Below, one piece after another: positions 15,985 to 25,147 of a DNA stretch of 41,303 nt. Numbering within the stretch: the stretch's first letter is position 1; the number at the start of each line of letters is the position of its first letter. Origin of the DNA: Acidimicrobiia bacterium (lineage in GTDB: Bacteria > Actinomycetota > Acidimicrobiia > Spongiisociales > UBA5794); contig JBFISZ010000002.1 in the NCBI GenBank assembly GCA_041608315.1, positions 1-41,303 on the forward strand, written 5' to 3'. The notes under the pieces are model-generated. The model was not told the origin of the DNA, ran no database searches, and saw only the letters and a program-made list of their open reading frames with translations. The position numbers and the translations under genes were made by a program.

Positions 15985-18311
15985 TGACCCTCGGCGCCGG
16001 TGCCCGGAAACCCGGGATAGGGAATGCGAGTGTGGTAGTACCCGATCAAAGCGTCGACCAGGGCCCGCTTGACCCGGGTGAGATCGCCAAACGTCAAGTC
16101 GGATTCGTCGAGCTGCCCATCTTCCAGCTTCTCGCCGACGACCGAGTCGACCATCTTGACGATACTGGCGGCCGTGGGGTCTTCATGCTGGGCGAGGGAG
16201 CGGGCGGCGCCCTCGACGGCGTCCGAGATCATCAGGATCGCCATCTCCTTGCGCCTCGGCTTGGCGCCGTGGTGGCGGTAGTCGTCGGGGTCGACCGTCG
16301 CATCGTTCTCGAGCGCCCGGTGGTAGAAGTAGCGCATCAGCCCGGTGCCGTGGTGCATGCGGATGCCGTCGGCGACGGTGTCGGGAATGCGCAGCTGCCT
16401 GGCGAGTCGCTCGCCGTCGATCACGTGGTGCCGGATGATGTTGGCGGATTCGATCGGGTGGATCTCATCGTGGGGATTGCTCACGCCGAACTGATTCTCG
16501 ATGAAGTACTGGGGGTTCTCGGTCTTGCCGAGGTCGTGGTAGTAGGCCGCCGCCTGAGCCAGCAGCGGCTGGGCGCCGATGGCGCGCGCCGCCTTGCCGG
16601 CCAGGGTGCCCACGAGGATCGAATGGTTGAACGTTCCCGGCGCCTTCTCCTCGAGGAGACGGAGCCCGGGATGGTTACGGTCGGTGAGATCGAGCAGCGT
16701 CAGCGTCGTCGTCATGCGGAACAGGTTCTCGAGGAACGAAAGCAGTCCCTGGGCAACCAGGCCGCCGACTACGCCGCCGGCGACTGCGAAAGCTGCCGCG
16801 GGAAGGGCGGTGGCCGCATCGGAGAAGAGCCACGCAGCCGACGCCGCCAGTGGCGCCAGCACGAGCGCCGACAGACCGACGGCGACCCGCAACTCCCGTC
16901 GACTCGACACCGCCGAGACGAAAGCTACCGGCACCACAGTGGCGCCGGCCGCGAAGATCGTCAGCGCCGGATCGGCCGTGGAGATGGCAGTGAAGGTGGC
17001 AACCGGTATCGCCAGCAGGAGAGCCGTCCTCGGGTCGTAGAGGATCGCCCCCATGTAGCCGAACATCACGGCCGGCAAGATGTATGCGATGGCCATGTTG
17101 TCTTCCGTGACGACGATCTCCGGGATTCTGGTTGCCGCCGCGGCGAGCACGAGCAGTATCCCCAGCAATGCGAAGTGGCGCGGCTGAGACCACAGGTTGG
17201 GAGCAACCCGCCACAGGAAGAACGCCGCCAGCAACACGGCCATGCCACCGAGTGCCACGATCGCCCGGCGCGAGGTCGTCGCTTCCGGTTCCAGGAGGCC
17301 CAGCTGGTCGATGGCGTCGAGCTCGACGGCAGTCACGTTGCTTCCCTCAGCGACAAGGACCTGCCCGGCGAAGTACTGCACCTTCTCCTCGGGCACTGCG
17401 AGCGCGGCATTGTCCTTGGCGGCGGCCGTGGCCTGCGGGTCGGGAAAGTAATTGGCAAGCAGGTTGTCGGCGACGATGTTGGCAATGGCCCGGCGCACAG
17501 CCGGGAGCTCCTCCGGTGACAGCCCAGGGGCAAAGATGAAGGGCGGCTGGCCCACCAAGCGGTCTTTGATCTCCGGAACGTCTGCGCCTTTGATCTCTTG
17601 CTCCATCTGAGCTCGCGCCAGTTCGATGACCTCGGTTTCGAGATCAGGAAAGACCTCCCGCTCGCCGTTTTCACGGCGCGCCACGTCGAGGTTGAACTGC
17701 TCGACGAAAACCGTCAGGTCATCGGCGTAGGACGGATATTGCTGCTGGAGGTCCGCGAGCTGGTCTTCGATGGCACGCAAGGGAAGCGTCGTCGTGGTGG
17801 TCGGTGGCTCGGTCGTGGTGGTCGTCGTCGTAGAGCTGGTCGTAGTCGTCTCTTCGCCTTCGCCCGGCGGTGCTGTCGTGCTCGGCGGTGCGCTGGTGGT
17901 GGGCTCCTCCGGCGGGGCCGTCTCTTCCGGCGGCGCCGTCTCCACCGGAGGCTCGCCTCCCGGTTCGTCCGTTGGGGGCGGCTCGGAACGGTCGAATGCA
18001 TTCAGGGCGATCGAGCCGAGAAGCGTCTTGAGGTTGGTCTCGACGTCGCGTCTGACCGTTGGGTCGATGGTGAACACCTCCGGCGTGTTGAGCCGGGCCG
18101 CGTTCTGGAGCTGCGCCGTCGCCGCAGCGTCGGTGACTTCGATGGCGCTCGGCGCGATGAACGTCTCCGGTGCCACGTCGCCCACGGAGAGCTCGATGGT
18201 CGGCTTCGCAGTCGCCCGCCCGACCAGCAGCACCAGCGAGACGAAGACGATGGTCACTGCGATGACGAGCACATTGAGCGCGATGGGGTATCGCCTGGCT
18301 AGTCCGCTCAT
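15981..18311 (-). CDS. pgpH: 7TM-HD membrane phosphohydrolase (PgpH/YqfF-like HDIG protein)
   Basis: N-terminal TM helix, an extracytoplasmic domain, a 7-TM block, then an HD domain (HSILVGTLAG, AAYYHDLGK, RMHHG). ATGA overlap with the phoH stop. The position between phoH and ybeY matches Firmicutes. Confidence 0.85.
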   Translation of the reverse strand: MSGLARRYPIALNVLVIAVTIVFVSLVLLVGRATAKPTIELSVGDVAPETFIAPSAIEVTDAAATAQLQNAARLNTPEVFTIDPTVRRDVETNLKTLLGSIALNAFDRSEPPPTDEPGGEPPVETAPPEETAPPEEPTTSAPPSTTAPPGEGEETTTTSSTTTTTTTEPPTTTTTLPLRAIEDQLADLQQQYPSYADDLTVFVEQFNLDVARRENGEREVFPDLETEVIELARAQMEQEIKGADVPEIKDRLVGQPPFIFAPGLSPEELPAVRRAIANIVADNLLANYFPDPQATAAAKDNAALAVPEEKVQYFAGQVLVAEGSNVTAVELDAIDQLGLLEPEATTSRRAIVALGGMAVLLAAFFLWRVAPNLWSQPRHFALLGILLVLAAAATRIPEIVVTEDNMAIAYILPAVMFGYMGAILYDPRTALLLAIPVATFTAISTADPALTIFAAGATVVPVAFVSAVSSRRELRVAVGLSALVLAPLAASAAWLFSDAATALPAAAFAVAGGVVGGLVAQGLLSFLENLFRMTTTLTLLDLTDRNHPGLRLLEEKAPGTFNHSILVGTLAGKAARAIGAQPLLAQAAAYYHDLGKTENPQYFIENQFGVSNPHDEIHPIESANIIRHHVIDGERLARQLRIPDTVADGIRMHHGTGLMRYFYHRALENDATVDPDDYRHHGAKPRRKEMAILMISDAVEGAARSLAQHEDPTAASIVKMVDSVVGEKLEDGQLDESDLTFGDLTRVKRALVDALIGYYHTRIPYPGFPGTGAEGQ
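17784..17984 (-). repeat. low-complexity Pro/Glu/Thr-coding insert in the PgpH ectodomain
   Basis: Encodes EPPPTDEPGGEPPVETAPPEETAPPEEPTTSAPPSTTAPPGEGEETTTTSSTTTTTTTEPPTTTTT. Confidence 0.7.
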
Positions 18312-19282
18312 CGGTTCGCCTGCTTGGCGTCGAACTCGGCGTAGGCGTCGACGATGGCTGCTACGAGGCGATGGCGCACCACGTCCTTGGCGCCGAGCAT
18401 GGAGAAACCGACGTCGTCGACCTTGCGCAGAATGCGCTGCACGACACGCAGCCCGCTCGAGCGGCCTTCCGCCAGGTCGGTCTGGGTTATGTCGCCGGTG
18501 ATGACCATCTTCGAATTGAACCCGAGCCTCGTCAGGAACATCTTCATCTGTTCGGGTGACGTATTTTGGGCCTCATCGAGAACTACAAAAGCGTCGTTCA
18601 GCGTGCGCCCCCGCATATAGGCCAGCGGAGCGATCTCGATCGTCCCTCTCTCGATGAGCCGAGCGGTCTCCTCGGGCCCCAACATCTCGTAGAGGGCGTC
18701 GTAGAGCGGGCGCAGGTACGGGTCGACCTTGGCGCTCAAATCACCGGGAAGGAACCCGAGCCGCTCCCCTGCCTCGACTGCCGGGCGGCTCAAGATGATG
18801 CGCCGCACTGCGCCGGCAACCAGGGACTCGACTGCGCACGCCATCGCCAGATAGGTCTTGCCCGTACCGGCGGGGCCGATCCCGAACACGAGGGTTCTGT
18901 CGCGGATCGAATCGACGTACTTCTTCTGACCGTGGGTCTTCGGCCGGACGATCTTGCCCCGGCCCACCCGGATACCGTCGGTGAACACGCCCGAGGGCGA
19001 AGGAACCGCGCTCTGTACCATCTCGATCACGCGGGCCACGCGGTCCTCATCGAGTTGCTGGCCTTCCTGAACCACGATCAGCAGCTCATCGAGGGCCGTT
19101 CTGGCGTCGTCGATAGCTTGCTCCGGGCCGCTGATGTCGAACTCGTTGCCGCGAGCCACGATGCGCACGTCGGGAAAGGCGCCCTGGACCTGGCGGAGGA
19201 ACACGTCGCGATCGCCGAGCAGATCGACCATGAGTCGATTGCTCGGGACCAGGAGCTGTATTCGAGTTGCAGAAGACGTCAC
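18308..19282 (-). CDS. phoH: PhoH-like ATPase
   Basis: Walker A GPAGTGKT, then LDEAQNT and ITGDITQTDL. GTG start at 19282. Confidence 0.92.
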   Translation of the reverse strand: MTSSATRIQLLVPSNRLMVDLLGDRDVFLRQVQGAFPDVRIVARGNEFDISGPEQAIDDARTALDELLIVVQEGQQLDEDRVARVIEMVQSAVPSPSGVFTDGIRVGRGKIVRPKTHGQKKYVDSIRDRTLVFGIGPAGTGKTYLAMACAVESLVAGAVRRIILSRPAVEAGERLGFLPGDLSAKVDPYLRPLYDALYEMLGPEETARLIERGTIEIAPLAYMRGRTLNDAFVVLDEAQNTSPEQMKMFLTRLGFNSKMVITGDITQTDLAEGRSSGLRVVQRILRKVDDVGFSMLGAKDVVRHRLVAAIVDAYAEFDAKQANR

Positions 19283-19386
19283 GAAATCTCGCTACATAGC
19301 GGGTGTGGGAGATATGCGTGGGCTACGCACAAAGACAAGCACGCAGTATACCGGCCCGCGCGCAGCAGGGGGAAACCAGAGTCCCG

Positions 19387-19899
19387 CTACGGCCCGTCGG
19401 CGGCAACTCCGAGATCGGTCAGACGCTCTGCGAATACGGCCTCCGATTGATCCAAGAGCAGTGCCAGTGTCCGCAGATCGTTACTGCGGATCGTCAGCAC
19501 CTTGCCGTTGAAGTCCTGACGAAGCATCTGAATGCCCCGCAGGAATCTCTCGACAACTATCGAGTCGGGGCCGGATAGCGCCTCGACCCGATTCAAGTCG
19601 ATGGTCAGGCCTCCGGCCGGAACCGGAACTGCGCGGGTCTCCGTGTCTTCGTTGGGCAGAAGCTGCCCAACCGGTACTGAGAAGAAGGCGGCAAGCCGAT
19701 GGAGCCGCGGCAACGACAAACTCCGTTCTCCACGCTCGTACGCCCCGAGGACGGCAGCCTTGAACTCCTGCTCGGAGAGACGCTGTACGTCCTGGAGTGA
19801 CAAGCCCCTCTGCTTGCGAATCGACCGCAAACGCTTGCCAACCATCTCGTTATAACTAGGCACTTTCGCCCTCCTGCGGCGCCTGATGGAGCCCGACAC
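19387..19899 (-). CDS. XRE-family helix-turn-helix transcriptional regulator with an unassigned C-terminal domain
   Basis: VGKRLRSIRKQRGLSLQDVQRLSEQEFKAAVLGAYERGERSLSLPRLHRLAAFFSV is a Cro/C1-type HTH. The roughly 90-aa C-terminal part is unrecognised. The start is GTG 19899, or ATG 19845 as an alternative. Confidence 0.75.
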   Translation of the reverse strand: MSGSIRRRRRAKVPSYNEMVGKRLRSIRKQRGLSLQDVQRLSEQEFKAAVLGAYERGERSLSLPRLHRLAAFFSVPVGQLLPNEDTETRAVPVPAGGLTIDLNRVEALSGPDSIVVERFLRGIQMLRQDFNGKVLTIRSNDLRTLALLLDQSEAVFAERLTDLGVAADGP

Positions 19900-19906
19900 G
19901 CTGCGC

Positions 19907-19922
19907 GCGTATTATAATGCGC
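19907..19922 (-). promoter_or_regulatory. palindrome GCGTATTATAATGCGC containing a consensus TATAAT -10, directly upstream of the XRE gene
   Basis: ATTATAAT is self-complementary. On the minus strand TATAAT ends 11 nt before GTG 19899. It lies in an AT-rich island (19900..19980) within a GC-rich genome. The -35 is weak. Confidence 0.35.
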
Positions 19923-19978
19923 ACCGCGTTCTAGTTATCTTAGTCATAAGAAACGTCTCCCCCCTGTCATTTTGCGAA

Positions 19979-21061
19979 TTATCGACGTTTTCGTCTTCGC
20001 TTCGGCGGGAGGGGTTGCTCGCCGCGCAGCTCGGCATAGGCCCGGAGGGCGTCCTCCTGCTCCGGGCTCAGCCTGTCAGGAACTGCCACGTCGACGTTGA
20101 CGAGCAGATCGCCCCGGCCCCGGCGGCGCAGATGCGGCACTCCCTTGCGGGCAATACGGAACACCGTTCCCGGCTGGGTGCCGGGCGGGATGTCGACATC
20201 GACGTCGTCGCCTTCGATCAGCGGCACCCGGATGATGGAGCCGAGAGCTGCCTCGGCCATACCCAGCCTCACCTGGTGATGCAGGTCCGCCCCCACCCGT
20301 TCGAAACGGGCGTCGGGAAGCAACTTGACCTGGACGTACAGATCTCCCGGCGGGCTCCCCAGCTCGCCGGCGCCGCCCCGGCCGGGCAAGCGCAGCCGCG
20401 TGCCGTCGTCGACGCCCGGCGGTATTTCGACGGTGAGCTCCATCTCCTGGCTGAGCCTGCCGCCACCGGCACAGGCCGGGCACTTCTCTTCGACGATGGT
20501 GCCGCGACCCCGGCAGCTGTGACATTCGGCGACGGTGGTCATCGTGCCGAGGAAGGTGCTGCGAGTGGCCTGCACTTGACCACGCCCGCCGCAGGTCGGA
20601 CATGACACGGGCGCATGTCCGGCAGCCGCACCGGACCCTTCGCAGACCGTGCAGATGGCCGGTGCCACAAACGAGATCTCTTGGCTCAACCCGAAGGCGG
20701 CGTCGGCCAACTCGAGCTCTACAGCCACGACGACGTCGTGTCCGCGCCGCGATGGCGCGGCCGCCCGACCGAAGCCAAACCCACCGGCGCCTCCGAAGAA
20801 CTGGGAGAGAATCTCGTCGAGACCTCCGAAACTGCTGAAGAGGTCGGCCCCGAACTCCTCCCCACGATCGAACCGGGCTCGTTTCTGCGGGTCGGAGAGC
20901 ACTTCGTATGCCTCGGCGATCTCGCGGAATCGCTCCTCGGCAGTCGGGTCATTCGGATTGGCGTCGGGATGCGACTCGCGAGCCAATTGCCGAAACCGCT
21001 TCTTGATGACCTCGAGAGATGCGTCACGCTCGACGCCGAGAATCCGGTAGTAGTCCTTCAT
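19979..21061 (-). CDS. dnaJ: molecular chaperone DnaJ
   Basis: J-domain with HPD (MKDYYRILGV..ESHPDANP), a G/F region and four CxxCxGxG repeats (CTVCEGSG, CPTCGGRG, CHSCRGRG, CPACAGGG). The start shares 1 nt with the hrcA stop (TGATG). Confidence 0.95.
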   Translation of the reverse strand: MKDYYRILGVERDASLEVIKKRFRQLARESHPDANPNDPTAEERFREIAEAYEVLSDPQKRARFDRGEEFGADLFSSFGGLDEILSQFFGGAGGFGFGRAAAPSRRGHDVVVAVELELADAAFGLSQEISFVAPAICTVCEGSGAAAGHAPVSCPTCGGRGQVQATRSTFLGTMTTVAECHSCRGRGTIVEEKCPACAGGGRLSQEMELTVEIPPGVDDGTRLRLPGRGGAGELGSPPGDLYVQVKLLPDARFERVGADLHHQVRLGMAEAALGSIIRVPLIEGDDVDVDIPPGTQPGTVFRIARKGVPHLRRRGRGDLLVNVDVAVPDRLSPEQEDALRAYAELRGEQPLPPKRRRKRR

Positions 21062-22068
21062 CAGCCGCTGCCCAGACTCTCACCGAGTCCGTCGGATACT
21101 TCCTCGACGAGCTTGATCGTACGCCGGTAGTCCATCCGCATCGGGCCGATGACCCCGACGCGGCCGATGCCGTGCCCGCCGGCCTCGTAGTCGCTCGAGA
21201 CGACCGCCAGCTCCACACCGTCGACATTGAGCTCGGCTCCGATGCGCACGGAGGTGCCCGCCCCGGGTTGATTGACCATCTGCCGCACGACAGCTTCACG
21301 CTCCAGCAAGGCGAGAATGCTGTGCACCTGGGCGAGGTCCTCCCACAGGGAAGCCAGCTGACTGGTCCCGCCGACGTAGAGGTCCTGCGTGGTGGTCTCC
21401 ACCGAAGTCAGAGTGTCGACAACCGCCCGCACGACACGCCGCACCGAGTCGGCGAGCTCTTCGTCGGCGAGGGCAAGCGCTCGAGTGCGCCCTTCCTCCA
21501 GCGTCCGGTGGTTGTAGACCTTGGCGAGAATCCTCTCGGCGCGACTCAAGTCGGCTTCAGAAACCTCGTGGCCCAGCCTCACAACGTCACGAACCACCCG
21601 TCCAGACTCGGCGATCGTCACTGCGAGCAGCACGGTCGGCCCGAGAGGAACGAGGTGGAGCGCGACGACTCGATCGGCTCCCAGACCGGGCCCGACGACT
21701 ACAGCGGGATAAGTGCTCAGATCGGAGAGGAGCCCTGTGGTCTCCTGGAGCAGCTTGCTCAACTCCCGATGCACCTCGGTGAAAAACGACTCGATGCGCA
21801 TCCTGGTGGCACTGCGCAGACGGGCCGGGGAGCAGTGGTCCACGTAGTACCGGTAGCCCTGGTGGGTCGGAACGCGCCCGGCCGACGTGTGGGGCTGTTC
21901 GACGAACCCGTAGGACTCGAGCTTGGCGAGGTCGTTGCGGATGGTCGCCGAACTGACCTGAAGCGCACTGGCCTCGAGGATGGCGCGCGACGAAACCGGC
22001 TGGCCGGTCCGGATGTATTCCTCAACCAGAGCCTGCAGAATCCGTGCCCTGCGGTCATCAAGCATCAT
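21061..22068 (-). CDS. hrcA: heat-inducible transcription repressor HrcA
   Basis: N-terminal winged helix MLDDRRARILQALVEEYIRTGQPVSSRAI, hrcA-dnaJ gene order, and a CIRCE element directly upstream. Confidence 0.95.
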   Translation of the reverse strand: MMLDDRRARILQALVEEYIRTGQPVSSRAILEASALQVSSATIRNDLAKLESYGFVEQPHTSAGRVPTHQGYRYYVDHCSPARLRSATRMRIESFFTEVHRELSKLLQETTGLLSDLSTYPAVVVGPGLGADRVVALHLVPLGPTVLLAVTIAESGRVVRDVVRLGHEVSEADLSRAERILAKVYNHRTLEEGRTRALALADEELADSVRRVVRAVVDTLTSVETTTQDLYVGGTSQLASLWEDLAQVHSILALLEREAVVRQMVNQPGAGTSVRIGAELNVDGVELAVVSSDYEAGGHGIGRVGVIGPMRMDYRRTIKLVEEVSDGLGESLGSG

Positions 22069-22074
22069 CCGAAT

Positions 22075-22101
22075 TTAGCAGTCTCACTGCGAGAGTGATA
22101 A
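22075..22101 (-). promoter_or_regulatory. CIRCE operator (HrcA binding site)
   Basis: TTAGCAGTC-N9-GAGTGATAA against the consensus TTAGCACTC-N9-GAGTGCTAA, a 16/18 match. It lies 6 nt upstream of the hrcA ATG. Its spacer contains the hemW stop codon. Confidence 0.8.
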
Positions 22102-23241
22102 GACGGTGGCGGCCACGTCGTCCGCCAGCAGGGGCCGGAGCACGCGCAATCGCCCCCGATCGATCTCGATGACACCGGCCGCGGCGAGACGCTGCAGACC
22201 GGCGTGGCCGGTCGCCGTCTCCTCCCACCTCCCCAGGTCGACCCCGCAGCTGCGCCGGACACCGAGCATCAGCCGCTCCATTTCTGGATCCGCCGGCCTC
22301 TCCCGGCCGGCCTCGGGGAGATCACCTGATTCGACCGCTTTCACATAGGCGAGCACACCTCTGACGTTGCGAGAGCGCACTCCGGCGCGATGCCCGTGAG
22401 CGCCGAGGCCGAAGCCCAGATACTCCCCCTGGCCCCAGGTGGAGAGGTTGTAGCGGCAACTGAACCCGGGCCGGGCATAGTTCGACACTTCATACTGGAC
22501 GAGGTTGGCGGCGCCGGCGGCGGCCTGGAGCAGCTCATACTTGTCGGCCTGGTCGTCCGGGTCCGGAGCGGCCGCCCCCCTGCGGACGGCTCGCCACAGC
22601 TCGGTCCCGGTCTCGACCGTCAGCGCATACGCGGAGAGGTGCTGGGGAAAGGCCGCCAGAGCTGTCGCCACCGTCGAACGCCACGAGTTGAGTGATTCCC
22701 CCGGGGCGCCAAAGATCAGGTCGACGCCGCAAGCGAAGTACGGGACACACATTTCGAGGGCGGCCGCCGCCTCTTGTGATGTGTGGGCCCGCCCCAGGAA
22801 CCGCAGCACGTCATCGTCGAAGCTCTGCACGCCGATCGAGACCCGGTTGACGCCGGCCGCTCGCAGCCCCTCGACCAGCTCCTCGGAGAGGTCCTCCGGA
22901 TTGGCCTCGATGCTGACCTCGGCGCCGAGCGTTATCCCGTAGCGCGAATCGAGATGCTCGACCACTTCCCCGATGGCGGCAGCACCGATGGACGAGGGGG
23001 TGCCGCCGCCCAGGTTGACGGCGTCGAGCGGCTTCCAGGCCGGCTGCATGTCGATCTCGGTGTGCAGCGCGGCCAGGTAGCGTGTGGTGAGGTCCGCCAG
23101 ATCATCGGTGTGGGGATCGCCCGGGGCCACGACGGCGAAGTCGCAGTAGGGGCAGCGCCGCCGGCAAAACGGAATGTGAACGTAGGCAGACCGCCACCCC
23201 GCCGCCAGGTCGGCCAGCTCGATCGAATTGGGCGGCAGCAT
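22084..23241 (-). CDS. hemW: radical SAM heme chaperone HemW (HemN-like, oxygen-independent coproporphyrinogen oxidase family)
   Basis: YVHIPFCRRRCPYCDF carries the CxxxCxxC radical-SAM cluster motif. GGGTPS follows. The gene sits directly downstream of lepA, as in many bacteria. Confidence 0.9.
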   Translation of the reverse strand: MLPPNSIELADLAAGWRSAYVHIPFCRRRCPYCDFAVVAPGDPHTDDLADLTTRYLAALHTEIDMQPAWKPLDAVNLGGGTPSSIGAAAIGEVVEHLDSRYGITLGAEVSIEANPEDLSEELVEGLRAAGVNRVSIGVQSFDDDVLRFLGRAHTSQEAAAALEMCVPYFACGVDLIFGAPGESLNSWRSTVATALAAFPQHLSAYALTVETGTELWRAVRRGAAAPDPDDQADKYELLQAAAGAANLVQYEVSNYARPGFSCRYNLSTWGQGEYLGFGLGAHGHRAGVRSRNVRGVLAYVKAVESGDLPEAGRERPADPEMERLMLGVRRSCGVDLGRWEETATGHAGLQRLAAAGVIEIDRGRLRVLRPLLADDVAATVLSLSQ

Positions 23242-23248
23242 CAGGGGC

Positions 23249-25051
23249 CTATTCGTCGATGCGCAGCGCCGAGACGAAGGCCTCCTGGGGAACCTCGACC
23301 GCGCCGACCATCTTCATGCGCTTCTTGCCCTCTTTCTGCCTCTCGAGGAGCTTGCGCTTGCGGGTGATATCGCCGCCGTAGCACTTGGCGGTCACGTCCT
23401 TGCGTTTCGCCTTGATGGTCTCCCGGGCGATGATGCGCCCCCCGATCGCCGCTTGGACGGGCACATCGAAGAGCTGGCGCGGTATCAGCGCGCGCAGCCG
23501 CGTCGCCATCTGCCGGCCATAGCTATAGGCCTTGTCGCGGTGCACGATCGTCGAGAACGCGTCGACGGCCACGTCGTTGAGCAGGATATCCACGCGAACC
23601 AGATCCGACGTGCGATACCCCGCCGGTTCGTAGTCCATCGATGCGTAGCCCTTGGTACGCGACTTGAGCTGATCGAAGAAGTCGTAGACGATCTCGCCGA
23701 GGGGGAGCTGATAGTGCAGCTCGACTCGCGTCGGGCTCAGATAGGTCATCTCACCCATCTCGCCCCTCCGTTGCTGCACCAGCTCCATGACCGTGCCCAC
23801 GTATTCGGACGGCGTGATGATCATCACCTTGACGAACGGCTCGGCGATCGATTCCAGAACCGCCCGATCCGGCAGATCTTGTGGTGAGCTCACCTTGAGG
23901 ATCCTCCCATCGGAAGTCGATGCCTCGTATTGGACCGACGGCGCCGTGGTCACCAGATCGAGGTCGTATTCTCGCTCGAGGCGCTCCCGGACGATCTCCA
24001 TGTGGAGCAGCCCGAGGAACCCGACCCGGAACCCGAACCCGAGAGCCCGCGAGGTCTCGGCTCGGTACATGAGCGACGAGTCGTTGAGCCGCAGCCGCTC
24101 GAGGGCATCACGCAACCGCTCGAAGTCGTCGCCGTCGATGGGGAAGATGCCGCTATAGACCATCGGCTTGGGCTCGTTATAGCCGGGCAGCGCCCGCTCG
24201 GCGCCGTTTGCGGCGGACGTGACGGTGTCGCCCACCCGGATCAGATCGATCTCCTTGATCCCGGTGATCAGGAAGCCGACCTCGCCGTTATGGAGCTTCT
24301 TGACGGCCCGGCTCGCCGGAAGGTGTACCCCGATCTCGTCCGCATCGGCCAGCATCGAGGTCGCCATGAAGCGAAGCTCATCGCCGGTCTCGAGCTCTCC
24401 ATCGACCACTCGCACATGGCACACGACGCCGCGATAGGTGTCGTAGTACGAGTCGAAGACCAGCGCCCGCAGGGGCGCCTCGGGATCGCCCTCGGGGGGT
24501 GGCAGTTTCTCGACAATGGCGTCCAGCATCTCGGCGATTCCGGCGCCCGTCTTCGCCGACACCGCGATGATGTCGTCGGGGGAGCCGCCGAGAATGCCCG
24601 CCAGTTCCTTGGCGACCCGCACCGGATCGGCCGCCGGCAGATCGATCTTGTTGATCACCGGGATGATCTCGAGCCCGCTCTCAATCGCCAGATAGGCGTT
24701 GGCCAACGTTTGCGCTTCGATGCCCTGCGAGGCGTCGACGAGCAGCAGCGCTCCCTCACATGCCGCCAGGCTGCGCGACACCTCATACGAGAAATCGACG
24801 TGGCCCGGGGTGTCGATGAGGTTCAAGAGGTGCTCCTGCCCGCCCGGCGGGGTATATCGGATCGACACCGAGTTGGCTTTGATCGTGATGCCGCGCTCGC
24901 GCTCGAGGTCCATCGTGTCGAGCACCTGGGCGCGCATGTTCCGGGCGTCGATAGCCCCCGTGGCCTCGAGGAGGCGATCGGCCAGGGTCGACTTGCCGTG
25001 GTCGATGTGGGCGATGATGCAGAAGTTCCGGATCCGCGCCGGTTCAGTCAT
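23249..25051 (-). CDS. lepA: translation elongation factor 4 (LepA)
   Basis: [30 protein letters not shown] and NKIDLP, plus a conserved LepA C-terminal domain (..[26 protein letters not shown]-like). Confidence 0.97.
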   Translation of the reverse strand: MTEPARIRNFCIIAHIDHGKSTLADRLLEATGAIDARNMRAQVLDTMDLERERGITIKANSVSIRYTPPGGQEHLLNLIDTPGHVDFSYEVSRSLAACEGALLLVDASQGIEAQTLANAYLAIESGLEIIPVINKIDLPAADPVRVAKELAGILGGSPDDIIAVSAKTGAGIAEMLDAIVEKLPPPEGDPEAPLRALVFDSYYDTYRGVVCHVRVVDGELETGDELRFMATSMLADADEIGVHLPASRAVKKLHNGEVGFLITGIKEIDLIRVGDTVTSAANGAERALPGYNEPKPMVYSGIFPIDGDDFERLRDALERLRLNDSSLMYRAETSRALGFGFRVGFLGLLHMEIVRERLEREYDLDLVTTAPSVQYEASTSDGRILKVSSPQDLPDRAVLESIAEPFVKVMIITPSEYVGTVMELVQQRRGEMGEMTYLSPTRVELHYQLPLGEIVYDFFDQLKSRTKGYASMDYEPAGYRTSDLVRVDILLNDVAVDAFSTIVHRDKAYSYGRQMATRLRALIPRQLFDVPVQAAIGGRIIARETIKAKRKDVTAKCYGGDITRKRKLLERQKEGKKRMKMVGAVEVPQEAFVSALRIDE

Positions 25052-25081
25052 GGGATTCCCAAGGGAAAGAGCGAGCTAGCA

Positions 25082-25111
25082 TTGTACCTTCAGCGAGGGC
25101 GGTGCTATATT
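25082..25111 (+). promoter_or_regulatory. candidate sigma-70-type promoter for rpsT (TTGTAC-N18-TATATT)
   Basis: The -35 is at 25082..25087 and the -10 at 25106..25111. The -10 ends 36 nt upstream of the rpsT ATG. GAAGG lies before the ATG. Motif-level evidence only. Confidence 0.35.
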
Positions 25112-25147
25112 GCCGCCCGCCCCGACCACCCCTCGAAGGTTCTTGGC

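Noticed and set aside
15948-17519. 523-aa plus-strand ORF
   Set aside because: It is antisense to pgpH, which carries the 7TM and HD motifs.
19345-19350. TATACT -10-like hexamer (minus strand) upstream of phoH
   Set aside because: It is a plausible -10 but has a poor -35 (TTTCCC) and no other support, so it is too weak to list as a feature.
23930-25147. 5' part of the 494-aa plus ORF that ends as rpsT
   Set aside because: It is antisense to lepA. Only the last 88 codons, from ATG 25148, are ribosomal protein S20.
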